Notes: a model not told the origin generated them from the sequence alone. Shown: positions 19,296 to 29,056, numbered from the stretch's first letter. The stretch is DNA of 63,972 bases from an uncultured Verrucomicrobiota bacterium (GCA_964476125.1 CAYZAE010000015.1:1-63972), one strand, 5' to 3'. Made by a program: numbers and translations.

Positions 19296-20129
19296 TTATC
19301 CCTCTCCGCGCCCCCGGGTGCGCCCCCCGGCGCGGGCAGCGATCACCGTACCAATCACCGAGACGAGTACGATCAGGCTGCTGAGCGCATGGACATCCGG
19401 AGTGATGCCCCGCTTGACGGATGCGTAGATCAGAATGGGCAGCGTGGCCGACCCGGGCCCGCTGGTGAAAAAGCTGACCACGAAGTCGTCGACGCTCAGG
19501 GTGAAGGCGAGCGCCGCCCCGGCAAACACCCCGGGCCACGCCAGAGGCAGCGTGACGTGCCGGAACTTCTGCCACGGCGTCGCGCCGAGATCGTGGGCCG
19601 CCTCCTCGACCGCCGGATCCAGTCCTGCCAGCCGCGACCGGACCACCAGCGCCACGAAGGGAATCTGGAAGGTGACATGGGCCACGATCATGGTCCCCAG
19701 CCCCAGCTGGAACCCGCCCATCCAGTCGCGCACCATCGAATAGGCCATCAGCAGGGCAATCGCCATCACGACGTCCGGAATGACCACCGGCAGGTACATC
19801 AGCCAGACCACCAGCCTCCGCCCGGGAAATCGAAAGCGGGACAGGGCGTAACCCAGCGCCGTGCCCAGAACGGTCGCGATCAGAGTGCTCAGAACGGCAA
19901 GGATCAGGGTATGGGTCAGCGCTGAAATTTTTTCCGGGCTCTCCCCCAGTCTCCGATACCATTCCAAAGTGAAACCCGCCCAGGGGCCGCCGCGCTTCGA
20001 GGCGTTGAAGGAATGGACCACCACCATGGCGATCGGGGCGTAGAGAAAGGCCGCGATCGCCATGGCCATGGCGATGGCCATCCACCCCGGTCCCGACCGA
20101 AGTCCCCCCCCCCTTGCCTTCTGCATCAT
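19296..20129 (-). CDS. ABC transporter permease, PotC/spermidine-putrescine-type fold
   Basis: Start ATG 20129 overlaps the upstream stop (ATGA at 20126-20129). EAA loop EEAAHDLGATPWQKFRHVTLP. Six predicted TM segments. Confidence 0.85.
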   Translation of the reverse strand: MMQKARGGGLRSGPGWMAIAMAMAIAAFLYAPIAMVVVHSFNASKRGGPWAGFTLEWYRRLGESPEKISALTHTLILAVLSTLIATVLGTALGYALSRFRFPGRRLVVWLMYLPVVIPDVVMAIALLMAYSMVRDWMGGFQLGLGTMIVAHVTFQIPFVALVVRSRLAGLDPAVEEAAHDLGATPWQKFRHVTLPLAWPGVFAGAALAFTLSVDDFVVSFFTSGPGSATLPILIYASVKRGITPDVHALSSLIVLVSVIGTVIAARAGGRTRGRGEG

Positions 20130-21172
20130 CGCCCCGCCCCCCCCCCGCTCCCGGTTTCCGTCTCGGTCTCCGTCATCCGCCCAAACACCCACAATCCAAC
20201 CATCACCAGCGCCATGGTCAGACAGGCAATGGCGGAGCCAAACGGCCAATCGCGACTGGAACCGAACTGTTGCTGGATGGCATTGCCGAGCAGCACGGTT
20301 TGCGCCCCCCCGAGCAGATCCGGAATCACGAACTGCCCGGTGGCGGCGATGAACACCAGGGTGAACCCCGCCACCAGGCCCGGGACAATCTGCGGCAGCA
20401 AGGCATGACGGAACACCCGCCACCCACTCGCCCCCAGATCGGCGGCCGCCTCCGCCAGGCTCCAGTCGATCTTTTCCACCGAGGCATACAACGGAAGTGC
20501 CAGGAACGGCAGGTAATCGCAGGTCAACCCCACGAACACCGCAAACGTCCCGGGATAAAGCGCCTCCCCCTCGGAAATCAGCCCCACCGCCGCCGCAAAC
20601 CGTGCCGGCCAGCCCTGCGCCGAGAACACGATCTGCCACGCATAGGTCCGAATCAGCAGGTTCGTCCAATAGGGAATGATCACCCCCATCAGCGCCACCC
20701 GACGCCACCGATCCGGCAGGCGCGCGATGAAAAACGTCAGGGGCAGGGCCGCCCCCAGGCAAAGCACCGACGTCGCCGCCGCCATCCCCAGGCTCCGCAG
20801 GACAATCATCGGATACAGCGGCTCGAACCCGAACGGACCGAACCCGGCAAAACGGGCGAAATTATCCCAGGTAAACCGCCACTCCACCTGGCCGTAGTCG
20901 CCCCGCGTCGCGAAAGCCGTCGCCACCACCCCCATCAGGGGAGCCAGAAGGAACACAGCCACCCACAACACCCCCGGCCCGCCTGCTGCCAACGCCCGCC
21001 ATCGCTCCCCGCGAACCGTCAACCGCTCCCCGTAACGCACCCGGATCGACGAACGAGGGATGGGGACAGGTTCCACGGCGACTTGCGTTACCACGCAGCC
21101 CCGGCCCGGATCACGTGCAAAACCTCCCGCCACCTGCCGCCGGACCGACTCCCTCCAGGGCACGTCACCCAA
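20126..21172 (-). CDS. ABC transporter permease, PotB-type fold; start uncertain
   Basis: EAA loop AEAAADLGASGWRVFRHALLPQ. The track start is TTG. The real start is probably an internal GTG about 30-50 codons downstream, before ALAAGGPGVLWVAVFLLAPL. Confidence 0.8.
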   Translation of the reverse strand: MGDVPWRESVRRQVAGGFARDPGRGCVVTQVAVEPVPIPRSSIRVRYGERLTVRGERWRALAAGGPGVLWVAVFLLAPLMGVVATAFATRGDYGQVEWRFTWDNFARFAGFGPFGFEPLYPMIVLRSLGMAAATSVLCLGAALPLTFFIARLPDRWRRVALMGVIIPYWTNLLIRTYAWQIVFSAQGWPARFAAAVGLISEGEALYPGTFAVFVGLTCDYLPFLALPLYASVEKIDWSLAEAAADLGASGWRVFRHALLPQIVPGLVAGFTLVFIAATGQFVIPDLLGGAQTVLLGNAIQQQFGSSRDWPFGSAIACLTMALVMVGLWVFGRMTETETETGSGGGAGR

Positions 21173-21224
21173 TTGTCACCAAGCTGCCATTCGAACGCCG
21201 CGCCCCAAAACCAGGATCAGTCAC

Positions 21225-21770
21225 ATGAGGGTGTCATTGGAAAACCCCGTCAGCCGGATCAGCGATCGCTGGGTGCCTCCGGGAACCATCCCCGCCGACC
21301 TCACCCACTGGGTCGAAGCCCCGTTCCTCTATCGCTTTGTCACGGAATCCGCTGCCGACACCTTGGCGGAATGGCCCCACTTCAATCGGGCCCGGACGGA
21401 GGACCGCGCCCCCGAAGATCTCCTGATCCTGGTGGGCTACTGCTACCTCCAGGCCGTCTACCACTCGATGGATGTCGTCCGCCGGCTGGAGGAGGATCCC
21501 GTCCTGTACAAACTCCGAATCCGCTTCGGCCTGCGCGCCGAACAGGTCCGCCGCTTCCGGCGCGACCGCCGCCCTGCCTTGGTCGATTGCCTGGCCCGCA
21601 GTCTGGTCGCGATCTGGCGGACCCAGTCCGGTGTGCTGGCTCCCCGGGCCTCGGGATTCGAACGGCCGACGGAATGGGTCGAACCCGCCTTCCTCGAACC
21701 GTTCCGCCTCCGGGCTCAGGATCGCATCGATCGCGCCATCATCCTCGATTCGATGGCCATGGACTTCTAA
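21225..21770 (+). CDS. hypothetical protein, helical, reminiscent of a transposase N-terminal DUF772-type segment
   Basis: ATG 21225 lies inside ORF 21060..21770. Third-position G+C is high. Segment LLILVGYCYLQAVYHSMDVVRRLEEDPVLYKLRIRFGLRAEQVRRFRRDRRPALVDCLARSL. No catalytic domain is present. Confidence 0.55.
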   Translation: MRVSLENPVSRISDRWVPPGTIPADLTHWVEAPFLYRFVTESAADTLAEWPHFNRARTEDRAPEDLLILVGYCYLQAVYHSMDVVRRLEEDPVLYKLRIRFGLRAEQVRRFRRDRRPALVDCLARSLVAIWRTQSGVLAPRASGFERPTEWVEPAFLEPFRLRAQDRIDRAIILDSMAMDF

Positions 21771-21779
21771 GTCCGCCTT

Positions 21780-21821
21780 CTCCGCACTCCGCACTCCGCA
21801 CTCCCCACTCCCGACTCCGCA
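21780..21821. repeat. heptamer tandem array (TCCGCAC) x6
   Basis: tccgcac tccgcac tccgcac tccccac tcccgac tccgcac fills most of the gap between convergent stops at 21770 and 21823. Confidence 0.85.
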
Positions 21822-21822
21822 C

Positions 21823-22206
21823 TCAAGTCGGCGTGGAATCTCGTTCCCGTACCGGCGACGGCGCCCCCATCACGATGCGGTAGATTCTCAGAAACCTCCG
21901 GCGCGACAGCCTCAACCCCAGGGTCCGCACGCGGAACAGTTTGTCCCGTTCGTTCTCGTAGACGTATCCCTCCAGCTCTCCCCGGAGCGCGGATTCGCTG
22001 GGTGACCCGGCCAACCTCGAGAGCATCGACAATTCCCGGCGGAACATCGCCGGCCGCAGGATCAGAAGGATTGTTCCCAGGGGCCGCACCATGGGGGGAA
22101 AGCAACGCCGCAGGATCGCCTTCTCGAAGTTCGCCGGCGCGCAGCCAAACCGACGACAGAAGGCATCCCGAAACAACGGAGCTGAAGACCCTTGCCCGGA
22201 ATTCAT
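21823..22206 (-). CDS. hypothetical protein
   Basis: 127 aa with an ATG start and good third-position G+C. The N-terminus FRDAFCRRFGCAPANFEKAILRRCF resembles a small conserved uncharacterised family. Confidence 0.5.
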   Translation of the reverse strand: MNSGQGSSAPLFRDAFCRRFGCAPANFEKAILRRCFPPMVRPLGTILLILRPAMFRRELSMLSRLAGSPSESALRGELEGYVYENERDKLFRVRTLGLRLSRRRFLRIYRIVMGAPSPVRERDSTPT

Positions 22207-22721
22207 CAGGGGTGGAAAGAAATCGGGGAACTCTTGGAACCTAGATCAGACCTCGCGGCGAAGACAATCCTGCATCCTGCATCCCATCCTGACTCTGGTT
22301 GATCCATCCTGTCGAAATGCGTCTCGTTCCTGACTGAGCCGCCGCTTCCAGCCTCAGGCCGCCTCAGGCGCCACCCAGACCGTTTCCCCAGAAAAACCTC
22401 AGCCACACCCCCGGCAGCAATGGCAATCGCGACGGGAAGCCGATTTTTACTGGGCCGTCACAATCCCAACCCGCCACCCCCCCGGCTCGGCACGGCCGTC
22501 GCACCGGTTGGCTCGCCCAAGACCAAGAGACGTCTCGGTGACTTCCTCCCGCCGATTCCGACACACAGCGACGGCACGGTGTCCGCGAGGCAACTTTGCC
22601 GACAACCGCCCGCTCGACGATTGCTCTCCAGAGGGCACGTCCGTATTGGCTCATCGCTCCCGACCCGGGCGATCCGGGTCGCTCGGGAGACTCGTCGGAC
22701 AACCCACTGAATCCTGAACTC

Positions 22722-24926
22722 ATGAGCCCACGAAACCGTATTCTGGACCGGACCCTCGCACGATGGGTCCTCGGCACCGCCTTCGCCGCCTTCGCCCTCA
22801 CCGCGCAGGCGCAGAAACTGTACTTCGAAAACTTCGAGACCGTTCCCCTCGGCAAGAACGTCGAGGAAGCCCTCGCCGGCGACCAGGTCTGGAGCGCCAC
22901 CGGCCCGGCCAACTGGGTCGAGGACGACAGCGCCATGCCCGGCCTTGGTACTCCCACCGACGGCATCGTCGAGTGGGCGGGCTGGAGCTTTGCCAACCGG
23001 GACTGGTGGGTTCGCACGGCCGGCGATCAACGCCGCTCCGAGTTCCTCCTGGCCGAGGGAACGGTGATGATCGCCGACCCCGATGAGTGGGACGACGCCA
23101 CCCACACCAAGGGTCTCTTCAACGCCTACGCCACCACGCCGTCGATCGACATCTCCGGCAAAGCCGCCAACTCGCTCGTGGTCGCCTTTGATTCCTCCTG
23201 GCGGCCCGAAGGCTTCGATGACGGCGAACCGAACTTCCCCGTCGGCCCCAACGGCGAACGGATCAACAACCAGACCGCACTCGTTCACGCCCTCTTCGGC
23301 ACCTCGGCGCCCCTTCAGGTCCTCAAGTTTGATTCGGATCGGGACAGCGCCACCTACCACGCCGACGGCGAGTTCATCAACGAGTCGGTCATCGTTCCCC
23401 TGAACAACCCGGCCGGCGCGACCACCCTCAAGCTCCGGTTCGGCATGGTCGAAGCCGCCAACGACTGGTGGTGGGCCGTCGACAATATCGCGGTCGGCGA
23501 ACCGCCCCTGGTCACCGGGGTGTCCGCCACCGGCGCCGGTTTCACCATCCGCGTGAGCGAGGCCCTCGGGAAGACCGTCAATGACTCGCGGCCGGTTACC
23601 GCCACCCTGGACGGTCAGACCGTCACCGCCACCGTGGCGCGGGATGGCGAACGCGTCCTGGTCAGCCACGATCAGTCTCCCAAAATCTTCGCCCCGCGCT
23701 CGAAGCACGCGGTCAACGTCTCCTTCACCACCGGCGCCGGAAGACAGGTTACCGACACCGCCGAATTCACGGCGCCCTCCTACACCTTCGCCTCCGCCAC
23801 GCCTGACACCATCACCGCCACGATCTCCGAGAAGAGCTACCTCTCCGTCGACGAAACCAAGGCCATCTCGCTCACCCTGAATGGCACCGCAGTGACAGGG
23901 CACTCCGTTCGGCGCGTTGATCTCACCGCCGCCGACGGCAGTGATCTGCCGGATCAGATTGTCGTCACCTACAAGTCGGCAACCGGCTGGGCCGCCGGAT
24001 CCAAGCACACCCTCGGCGTCACCTTCACCACGAAGAGCGCGCAGGTTGTGGTGGATTCCGCGGACTTCGCCATCCCTGCCTTTGCCACGCTGCCTCCGGC
24101 CCTGGGCACCGCCCTCGGCACGGGTTCGACCCCGGGTGTCCGCTGGCGGACCCACCAGCTGGAAGCCTCGCGCGGCACCACCATCGCGCTGGCCGAACAG
24201 CAGCTCGCCGGCACCCTGGGAGCCTCGATTCACGACGCCTCGGCCCAGGTGGCCGGTGGCTACTTCGAACTCCCCTGGGTCAACCTCGACCAGCTCGGCG
24301 CCGACGCCGGCAACTTCAGGGGCTCCTCGACCATCGCCGGACAGGAAATCCAGGACGACACGATCCCCGGCATTCCCGGCAGCGGCGGCGGCACTGACAA
24401 CATCGCCGGCGAAGCCCTCGCCTACGTCGAACTCCCGACCGCGGGTGTCTACACCATGGTCGTGAACAGCGACGACGGCTTCCAGGTGAGCGTCGGCAAT
24501 GCGACCAACACGACCTTCCAGGTCCTGGGCAAGTTCGACGGCGGCCGCGGTTCCGCGGATTCCGTGTTCTACTTCCGCGCTGAGAAGGCGGGTGTCTACC
24601 TGTTCCGCACGCTCTGGTTCGAAGGCGGCGGTGGCGCGAACGTCGAGTGGTTCACCGTGCTGGCCAACGGCACCCGCGCCTTGGTTGGCGGCACGCAGCC
24701 TGGAGCCCTCAAGGCCTTCCGCACCCGCACCGTCGCGGAACCCGCCCTGCCCAGCGCCGGCGCCGTCTCCCGCATCGGTCTCGCCGGTGGCAAGGTGACC
24801 ATCGAATACACCGGCACCCTCAAGAGTGCCGCCACAGTGACCGGACCGTACGCCCCCGTGGCCAACGCGTCCTCGCCCTACTCGGTTGACCCGAACGGCA
24901 CCCAGCAGTTCTTCCTCGCCGAGTAA
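22722..24926 (+). CDS. secreted multidomain protein: N-terminal jelly-roll-like domain, Ig-like repeats, PA14-like domain and C-terminal FF-type beta domain
   Basis: ATG 22722. Signal peptide WVLGTAFAAFALTAQA. N-terminal domain ends in NDWWWAVDNIAV. A PA14-like stretch reads VYTMVVNSDDGFQVSVG...GVYLFRTLWFEGGGGANVEW. The tail is TLKSAATVTGPYAPVANASSPYSVDPNGTQQFFLAE. Confidence 0.8.
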   Translation: MSPRNRILDRTLARWVLGTAFAAFALTAQAQKLYFENFETVPLGKNVEEALAGDQVWSATGPANWVEDDSAMPGLGTPTDGIVEWAGWSFANRDWWVRTAGDQRRSEFLLAEGTVMIADPDEWDDATHTKGLFNAYATTPSIDISGKAANSLVVAFDSSWRPEGFDDGEPNFPVGPNGERINNQTALVHALFGTSAPLQVLKFDSDRDSATYHADGEFINESVIVPLNNPAGATTLKLRFGMVEAANDWWWAVDNIAVGEPPLVTGVSATGAGFTIRVSEALGKTVNDSRPVTATLDGQTVTATVARDGERVLVSHDQSPKIFAPRSKHAVNVSFTTGAGRQVTDTAEFTAPSYTFASATPDTITATISEKSYLSVDETKAISLTLNGTAVTGHSVRRVDLTAADGSDLPDQIVVTYKSATGWAAGSKHTLGVTFTTKSAQVVVDSADFAIPAFATLPPALGTALGTGSTPGVRWRTHQLEASRGTTIALAEQQLAGTLGASIHDASAQVAGGYFELPWVNLDQLGADAGNFRGSSTIAGQEIQDDTIPGIPGSGGGTDNIAGEALAYVELPTAGVYTMVVNSDDGFQVSVGNATNTTFQVLGKFDGGRGSADSVFYFRAEKAGVYLFRTLWFEGGGGANVEWFTVLANGTRALVGGTQPGALKAFRTRTVAEPALPSAGAVSRIGLAGGKVTIEYTGTLKSAATVTGPYAPVANASSPYSVDPNGTQQFFLAE

Positions 24927-24957
24927 ATTGTTCCGTGTGTCTCGGTGAGTGTCGATG

Positions 24958-25010
24958 GGGCAGGGAGCCGGACCCCGGGAAACGTCCGGTCTCCCTGCCC
25001 TTTTCCTTTT
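24958..25010 (+). terminator. intrinsic terminator
   Basis: gggcagggagccggac / loop cccgggaaac / gtccggtctccctgccc form a 16-bp stem with one bulge. The stem is followed by ttttcctttt and lies 32 nt after the stop. Confidence 0.8.
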
Positions 25011-25057
25011 CCAACGTCACTCTTCGGAATCGGTCGATCCTTCCTGAAGCCACCGAA

Positions 25058-25086
25058 TTGTCATTCCTTCGCCATTCTCCAGTCAC
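25058..25086 (+). promoter_or_regulatory. Pho-box-like triple direct repeat with 7+4 nt periodicity
   Basis: TTGTCAT tcct TCGCCAT tctc CAGTCAC lies 70 nt upstream of the phosphoesterase ATG. It has the same architecture as the sites at 53662 and 47808. Confidence 0.45.
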
Positions 25087-25155
25087 CTGCCGTCCTGACT
25101 GTCCTTCAGTTCCGCGACGCTCCCCTCCACGAACGGGCGCTCCGGCCCCGGACCT

Positions 25156-27774
25156 ATGAACCTTCCCTCCTGGCTTCGGATCCTCGTCGTCTGCCTGACC
25201 GCCGGCTGTGCCGCGACCCGGCCCCCAATCCCCTCTCCCGGTGAAGCAGCGGCCAACGCCCGGACCCAGGATTGGCCTGGCACCCAATCCGACGGCCGTT
25301 TCCGGCTGCCGAACCAGTGGTTCCTCGATCCAGTGGGAAAACAGGTGCCCCTCGGGGATTCGCCGGTCGCCATCGCAGTGCATCCCTCCGGACGCCACGC
25401 CGCGATCCTGCATTCAGGTTTTGGTCCCCACGAAATTGTGGTCGTGGATCTCCGCCGGCAATCCGTGGCGAGCCGCATCGGCCTCGAGGAGTGCTTTTAT
25501 GGACTCGCCTTCAGCCCGGATGGCACCCGTCTCTTCGCCAGCGGCGCAGGGCAGGAAACGGTTCTTGCCTGGAACTTCTCCGGCGGACTTCTGTCCTCAC
25601 CTCTCGAGTTCCGGCTTCGGCCCGAGAACGAGCGGGGGGTTCCTTCGGGAATCTCGATCTCCCCGGATGGGCGTCGTCTCTTTGTCGCCAATCTTTTCGG
25701 ACAATCCGTGTCGGAGGTCGATCTGACGGACCCAGCCGCCACTCCCCGCGAAATCATTCTCGGCCCGACCGCGGCGATCCGTCCCGTGGATGACCAGGAC
25801 CCCTGGCGCGATCTGGACAACGAAGCCATCACCAAGCGGGCGCGGGCCCTCCTGGAGGTTCTCAACTCGGACGCCCCCTACCCCTACGCCTGCGTCCACG
25901 ACGCGGCTCGAAACCGGCTGTACGTCAGCTTCTGGGGCATGGCGTCCATCGGCGTGATCGACCTCGCCCAGCGAAAACCAATCGCACGCTGGACCACCGA
26001 CGATCACCCCAACGAAATGCTTCTCAACAAGGCGGGAACCCTCCTGTTCGTGGCCAACGCCAACCGGAACACCGTCACCCTGATCGACACCGAGTCCGGC
26101 CGGATCGTGGAGTCCCTCGCCAGCGAACTGGAGCCCCAGTCCCCCCCGGGCTCAACGCCCAACAGCCTGGCACTCTCCCCCGACGAATCGCTCCTCTTTG
26201 TTGCCAACGCCAATATCAACGCCGTCGCCGTCTTCGACGTCGGCCGTCCCGGCCATTCACGATCGCTCGGGTTCATCCCAGTCGGCTGGTATCCCACCTC
26301 GGTCCGCCTCACCCCCGACGGCAGACAACTCCTGGTGGCCAATGGCAAGGGCGTCGCCTCCCGCTCCAACCGCCACGGACCGCAGCCGGGGCGGGAGCCA
26401 GCGTCCTCCGTCGAGGAATACATCGGCGGCCTCTTTCAAGGAACCCTCTCCATCCTCCAGATCCCCGATCGCGAGAAGCTCATCGAGCAACTGGCTTCCC
26501 ATACCCAGCGCGCTCTTCGCTGCCGCCCGCCCAAACCGGCCGCGCTCCCCGTGGCAGGGCACCCGGTTCCCCTTCGCCCGGATGCCACCTCGCCGATTCG
26601 CTACTGCATCTATCTCATCAAGGAGAACCGCACCTACGACCAGGTCCTCGGCGATCTGCCAATGGGAAACGGAGACCCCGCGCTGTGCCTCTTCCCGGAA
26701 TCCGTAACCCCCAATCACCACCAGCTCGCCCGCGACTTCGTGCTTCTCGACAACTTCTACGTGGAAAGCGAGGTCAGCGCCGACGGCCACGAGTGGACCA
26801 TGGGCGCGTACGCCACCGACTACGTCGAACGCCTCTGGCCTCTCAGCTATGGCCACAATCAACGCCGCAAGTACGCCTATCCCAGCGAAGGCCGGTTCAA
26901 AATCGCGGAACCCGCCGGCGGCTATCTTTGGGATCGCGCCCGGGAAGCGGGCGTGACCTACCGCAGCTACGGCGAATTCGTCAACAACGGTGCCTCCACC
27001 AACGAACCCTGCTCCACCCTCGTCAAGAATCTGCAGGACCATTTCGACCCCTGGTTCCGCAGCTTCGACATGGATTACAGCGATCTCGCACGCGCCGACC
27101 GCTTCATCTCGGAGCTTCACCGGTTCGAGGCGGAAGGGGATATGCCCCGACTCCAGATCGTCCGACTTCCCAACGATCACACCGCTGGCAGCAGTGTCGG
27201 CAAACCCACCCCCACCGCCTACGTCGCCGAAAACGATCTCGCTTTCGGCCGGGTCATCGAAGCCCTCAGCCACTCCCGCTTCTGGCCCCAAACCGCGGTC
27301 TTCGTCGTCGAGGACGACGCCCAGGATGGTCCCGATCACGTCGATGCCCATCGCACCATCGCCTACGTCATCAGTCCCTACACCCGGAGTGGGACCGTCG
27401 ACTCCACGCTCTACTCCACCGCCAGCATGCTCCGCACCATCGAGCTCATCCTCGGCCTGCGCCCGATGTCCCAGTTCGATGCCGCCGCCATGCCGATGAT
27501 CAACAGCTTCAGGCCCACCCCGAATCTCCGCCCCTACGTGGCCAAACCGGTTCCAGACGGACTTCTCCAGCAGACAAATCCAGTCGGTGCCTGGGGCGCC
27601 GACCTCTCCGCCGGCATGAACTTCGCGAAGGAGGACGCCGCGGACGATCACCTGCTTAACGATATCGTGTGGAGGTCCGTGCGCGGCGCGGATTCCCCCA
27701 TGCCGGCGCCGCGCCGCGCGGGCTTCGTCCTTCCCGCCGATGAAGAGGACGAGGACGAGGACGCGAGGGATTAG
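25156..27774 (+). CDS. beta-propeller (YncE/lactonase-like repeats) fused to a phosphoesterase (phospholipase C / acid phosphatase AcpA family) domain
   Basis: 872 aa with a signal and possible lipoprotein Cys (VVCLTAGC). Propeller repeats LFVANLFGQSVSEVDL, LFVANANRNTVTLID and LFVANANINAVAVFDV. Phosphoesterase motifs IYLIKENRTYDQVLGDL, VRLPNDHTAG and VVEDDAQDGPDHVDAHRT. Confidence 0.85.
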   Translation: MNLPSWLRILVVCLTAGCAATRPPIPSPGEAAANARTQDWPGTQSDGRFRLPNQWFLDPVGKQVPLGDSPVAIAVHPSGRHAAILHSGFGPHEIVVVDLRRQSVASRIGLEECFYGLAFSPDGTRLFASGAGQETVLAWNFSGGLLSSPLEFRLRPENERGVPSGISISPDGRRLFVANLFGQSVSEVDLTDPAATPREIILGPTAAIRPVDDQDPWRDLDNEAITKRARALLEVLNSDAPYPYACVHDAARNRLYVSFWGMASIGVIDLAQRKPIARWTTDDHPNEMLLNKAGTLLFVANANRNTVTLIDTESGRIVESLASELEPQSPPGSTPNSLALSPDESLLFVANANINAVAVFDVGRPGHSRSLGFIPVGWYPTSVRLTPDGRQLLVANGKGVASRSNRHGPQPGREPASSVEEYIGGLFQGTLSILQIPDREKLIEQLASHTQRALRCRPPKPAALPVAGHPVPLRPDATSPIRYCIYLIKENRTYDQVLGDLPMGNGDPALCLFPESVTPNHHQLARDFVLLDNFYVESEVSADGHEWTMGAYATDYVERLWPLSYGHNQRRKYAYPSEGRFKIAEPAGGYLWDRAREAGVTYRSYGEFVNNGASTNEPCSTLVKNLQDHFDPWFRSFDMDYSDLARADRFISELHRFEAEGDMPRLQIVRLPNDHTAGSSVGKPTPTAYVAENDLAFGRVIEALSHSRFWPQTAVFVVEDDAQDGPDHVDAHRTIAYVISPYTRSGTVDSTLYSTASMLRTIELILGLRPMSQFDAAAMPMINSFRPTPNLRPYVAKPVPDGLLQQTNPVGAWGADLSAGMNFAKEDAADDHLLNDIVWRSVRGADSPMPAPRRAGFVLPADEEDEDEDARD

Positions 27775-27942
27775 AACGGAGTCGCGCGGCGACGAGTTGC
27801 GCCGCGTCCAGCGGCGCAATGGCATCGCCAGAGCGCAACAGCCAAAGCCCACCGCACGTTCCACGCGGGCGGGGTTGTCGCAGCGCGACAACCGCCACCC
27901 ACAATTTCGGGAGACACCGCGTGCCGACAGGGCCTTCACGAG

Positions 27943-29040
27943 TCAGCGCCTCGGGAAGGCGATCCCCACGCGATGCACCCCCGCGGTCACACCGCAGTGG
28001 AACGCGGCGTTCACGTCCTCCAACCTGAACCCGTCCTGCACCAGGTCCGCGAAGGGAAACCGGGCGTGATGGCGTTCCATGAAGTCGACCGCGGACACGA
28101 GATCCTTGTCGTTGTAATTGTGAAGCCCCTTCACCGTGAGGAGGTTTCGAACCAGGTGCTCGGCGCTGACCTGGAGCGGACGCTGCGGGAACGTCGCCCC
28201 CACCAGCACCAGCACGCCCCCGATTCCCAGAGCCGTCAGAAGGGTCTCCATGGTTCCGGGTGAACCACTGAAATCCAGGGCCAACCCGATCGGCTCGCCA
28301 GCGAAAAGCGTCCCGAGCCTGTCCGCGGACAGGCTTGAATCCGCTTCCAGCCTCAATCCACCGTCCACCCCGAACCTGCCTGCCATCGCCAGACGCGCGT
28401 CGTCCACGTCCAGCGCCACGACCCGCTTGGCACCCGCCACCCGGGCCATGGCGCAGGCCACGATCCCCAGCATGCCCGCGCCCGCGACCAGAACATTTCG
28501 TCCTCCCACGCCTCCCGCGACCCGCAACGCCCCCGCCACCGTCGCCACCGCGCAGTTGATGGTGGCGAGAACCGGGAGGGGAATGGGGGCATCGATCCGG
28601 ACCACCGGGGTGTGCTGGCGCAGGATGCAGTACTCGGCCAAACCGCCGTGCAGGTGGGAGCCAGGGGTGATCCGCTCGTGCCCGTACTTGAACAATCCCT
28701 CACCCTTCTGCGGCATGCCGGCCCGGGCCAGGGCCGACGACGGATCCGACGCGTAGATGGCCCAGGTGATGCGGTCGCCCACGCGCAACTCGGCGTCGCG
28801 CAGATCACGCAGGGGCGCCTCCGGACCGCGTGCCTCGATGCGCCCCACGATCTCGTGCCCGAGAATTGTGGGTGTCTTTTCGACCCGCTTGCCAACGAAG
28901 GTGTTGAGATCGCTTCGGCAGAGGGTCGTGTACTCGTTGCGGACCAGAAGTTCTCCGTGTTGCAACACCGGAACCGGCACCTTTTCGAGCGTGAACGGCT
29001 GGTCTTTGCCGTGAAACACCGCCACCCGACTGGTCTTCAT
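27943..29040 (-). CDS. zinc-dependent alcohol dehydrogenase family oxidoreductase
   Basis: ATG 29040 (MKTSRVAVF) lies 16 nt after the upstream stop. Motifs CRSDL, GHEIVGRIE and Rossmann VLVAGAGMLGI. Confidence 0.85.
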   Translation of the reverse strand: MKTSRVAVFHGKDQPFTLEKVPVPVLQHGELLVRNEYTTLCRSDLNTFVGKRVEKTPTILGHEIVGRIEARGPEAPLRDLRDAELRVGDRITWAIYASDPSSALARAGMPQKGEGLFKYGHERITPGSHLHGGLAEYCILRQHTPVVRIDAPIPLPVLATINCAVATVAGALRVAGGVGGRNVLVAGAGMLGIVACAMARVAGAKRVVALDVDDARLAMAGRFGVDGGLRLEADSSLSADRLGTLFAGEPIGLALDFSGSPGTMETLLTALGIGGVLVLVGATFPQRPLQVSAEHLVRNLLTVKGLHNYNDKDLVSAVDFMERHHARFPFADLVQDGFRLEDVNAAFHCGVTAGVHRVGIAFPRR

Positions 29041-29056
29041 GTGTTCGTCCAAGGGT

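Noticed and set aside
20130-20762. Upstream 211-codon extension of the PotC-like ORF (track ORF 19296..20762)
   Set aside because: It is an open frame running over the PotB-like gene. The ATGA start/stop overlap at 20126-20129 and the permease topology fit a start at 20129.
21225-21770. Possible IS element because of the transposase-N-terminal-like segment
   Set aside because: There is no DDE or other catalytic domain, no inverted repeats and no target duplication. It is treated as a stand-alone hypothetical gene.
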